A stretch of DNA of 63,789 nucleotides, the filler included, from Octopus bimaculoides (Eukaryota), in assembly GCF_001194135.2 (NCBI RefSeq). It is 6 parts of 6 records of this genome, joined end to end, with 100 filler letters (N's around TTAATTAATTAA, not from the genome) between each part and the next. Parts side by side here need not be neighbours in the genome. Positions count along the whole stretch, not along the records: positions 61,000 to 63,789 come from NC_069009.1; 5 more parts are not named here. The stretch is one strand, 5' to 3'. Both the position numbers and the translations under genes were made by a program. The notes under the pieces are model-generated. The model was not told where the DNA came from. It ran no database searches and saw nothing but the letters and a program-made list of their open reading frames with translations. The number at the start of each line of letters is the position of its first letter. The first letter of the stretch is position 1. Of this stretch, positions 60,900-63,789 are shown in pieces.

Positions 60900-62820
60900 N
60901 NNNNNNNNNNNNNNNNNNNNNNNNNNNNNNNNNNNNNNNNNNNTTAATTAATTAANNNNNNNNNNNNNNNNNNNNNNNNNNNNNNNNNNNNNNNNNNNNT
61001 TTTTTGCTTGTATTACGTTTTTTCACTGCTGACCTGAGGCGAGGTCAAAGGTGAGAGGTTAAGCTGGCTTCAAGCAGGAACTTTTCTCCCAAGTCCAATG
61101 AGCTTTAAAGTCTTTTAAGCTGGTTTATCTGCCGAGCGTTCTCCTAAGCAGATGTTTAAACGTGACTCATTAGGTAGACGGCTTCTGTTGTTACGGTGTT
61201 TGTGCGTGACGAACGTATATATGCGTACATAAATATATACAGCTAATATATATTCAATAGGTTTTTGTACGTTTCTATAAGTCTACGTGACTGTGTATAT
61301 TCTCCCACCTCTCTTTTTGTACGTACATATGTGTTTTTATATATGTACGTGTGTGTGTGTGCAGTAAATATGCTTTTTTTTTATCTTAGCGATAGGCATA
61401 GAATATACAACGTATACGTAATTATATACACGCAATGATATACACACAGACATATACACACATAGACACATGCACCACACATCCCCATCTGTACGCACGC
61501 ACACACACGTACATATAGTGAAGAACAGAGATAATGTGTATTTGTAGGAAGATGCGTGTATATATACACACATATACACATAATGTACATATGTATGTAC
61601 TTATATATACACATCTATACACAGAGACACACATATATATATATATATATACACATTCGCCTCAAAACGAAACGAAACCATCTTAAGAGAAGAAAAAATA
61701 TATCGCCATCACTCCTACCCACCCACCCCCNNNNNNNNNNNNNNNNNNNNNNNNNNNNNNNNNNNNNNNNNNNNNNNNNNNNNNNNNNNNNNNNNNNNNN
61801 NNNNNNNNNNNNNNNNNNNNNNNNNNNNNNNNNNNNNNNNNNNNNNNNNNNNNNNNNNNNNNNNNNNNNNNNNNNNNNNNNNNNNNNNNNNNNNNNNNNN
61901 NNNNNNNNNNNNNNNNNNNNNNNNNNNNNNNNNNNNNNNNNNNNNNNNNNNNNNNNNNNNNNNNNNNNNNNNNNNNNNNNNNNNNNNNNNNNNNNNNNNN
62001 NNNNNNNNNNNNNNNNNNNNNNNNNNNNNNNNNNNNNNNNNNNNNNNNNNNNNNNNNNNNNNNNNNNNNNNNNNNNNNNNNNNNNNNNNNNNNNNNNNNN
62101 NNNNNNNNNNNNNNNNNNNNNNNNNNNNNNNNNNNNNNNNNNNNNNNNNNNNNNNNNNNNNNNNNNNNNNNNNNNNNNNNNNNNNNNNNNNNNNNNNNNN
62201 NNNNNNNNNNNNNNNNNNNNNNNNNNNNNNNNNNNNNNNNNNNNNNNNNNNGTGGTGTCGCTAACAGTTGGTGGTAGTTCTAGTGGCGTTGGTAGTAGTG
62301 GTGGTAACGATAGTGGTGTTAATATCAGTGGGAGTTGTAGTGGTGATGGTGGTGGTGGTGGTGGTGGTGGTGACTGGGGGGGGATTATAATAGGGTGGTG
62401 GCGGTGGTGGTGGTGTTGGTGGATATGGTTTTCGTGGCTCCTTCAGTACTTTTCAGTGCTTAATAACAATAATAGTTTGTAATATAGAAGATATGTGTAT
62501 GTGTGTGTGTTAATATATGTCCTAACATGTGTGTATGTATATTTATATGCATGTGTATACCTATGTGAATATATATATATATATATATATATATACATGT
62601 GTGTGTGTGTGTGAAAATATATGTATATGCATTTAAGTATTGTGAGTTTGTATATATGTGGGTATATTGATATGCATATGTATGTGTATATGTGTTGATG
62701 TGTATATATGTAGATGTGTATATATATATATGTATACACACACACATACATATATGTATTATACGTAGAGGAATGTGTGGGTGTATACATACACATAGAG
62801 AAAGTGAGATAGTGTATGTA

Positions 62821-62859
<39 letters not shown>

Positions 62860-63585
62860 GCAGTGCAAGAATCCAACATATGCACTGCAATATAGTGCAA
62901 CGCTGAATAATTCTATGCATTATGCACGTGCAATACATTCTAACAATATAAGCTAATGCATTCAGGGTGCAACATAATGCATGCACCACAACACGGCAGT
63001 CAGCAAAAACCAGTGCATGTGCAGTGTTGTATACCACATTGCAGCCACGTGCATTTATTTTGCAATGTAGTGTGTAATATACAACGTGTTGCACATGTAG
63101 TGGAATGCAACTGTTCTGCATGCTTAATGTAGTGTTGTACGACACTAAACACATGCATATGTAATGCATGAAATATTGTTTAATGTATGTGCAGTGATGT
63201 GCGAAACTCCACGTAACTGCATAGCGTATGCAACGTCGTAGACAATAATGCAATTTAATGCATATGTGCATCAGAGAATTATGCAACAATGCATAGCTTT
63301 GCTTATGTGGTGCATCTTGGTGTCCTTCTGCAGCATAACATGCTGTAATGTTTCTGGAGTGCAGCATGGTGCACTCTAATGAATATTGAGTGCATAGAAG
63401 TATATGTAAAACTACTGTGTATGTATAATGCACTGATAGATAGATAGATATGTATGTACACGTTGCATTTTATATACATGGCAATTTGATGTACATATAC
63501 ACACATATAAACGCGCAGATATATATATATATATATATATATAACACTTATGCACATGTGTATCTCTTCTAGTGCTCCGCAATCT

Positions 63586-63747
63586 GTATGCCGCGGCACA
63601 CTGGTGAGTCACAAGACGATGCTAGGTGTGCCGCAGTGTAACTTGGATATAATGTTTTTCCCTAAACTTTTAGTTATATTATTGGTTCAGGTGTTCCGCC
63701 GAATTTTGAAAAGAATATAAGTGTACCACAAGTGAGAAAAGGTTGCA

Positions 63748-63748
<1 letters not shown>
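63586..63748 (-). mobile_element. Probable hAT-type MITE fragment
   Basis: Minus strand CACTGCAACCTTTTCTCACTTGTGGTACAC…GCGGAACACCTG…CACTGCGGCACACCTAG…GTGTGCCGCGGCA. Confidence 0.4.

Positions 63749-63789
<41 letters not shown>

Overview
This is AT-rich, gap-riddled animal genomic DNA, most likely from an octopod cephalopod. That call is an inference from the tRNA-derived SINE families and the extreme TA/CA/GA/TAGA microsatellite load. I could not identify an intact host protein-coding gene; most ORF-track entries are microsatellite or N-run artefacts. The window is a mosaic of decayed transposons: three tRNA-derived SINE families, R4/Dong, Tx1/L1 and RTE LINE fragments, two Penelope-like (GIY-YIG) remnants, mariner/Tc1 remnants, a Gypsy integrase fragment, Helitron/HINE elements and several MITEs. 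The main unexplained signal is RNA-structural: about ten type I hammerhead ribozyme (HHR) motifs from several unrelated sequence families. The two best candidates are (i) a non-coding ~360-nt tandem/inverted repeat at 31.0-31.9 kb with an intact HHR core, resembling a retrozyme (circular-RNA-producing element), and (ii) a Penelope family at 32.5-32.9 and 44.0-44.8 kb whose pseudo-LTR combines a tRNA-like Pol III head, an (AAT)n tract and an HHR. Five N44-TTAATTAATTAA-N44 cassettes are assembly spacers. All motifs were read by eye and none was tested by search or folding software.
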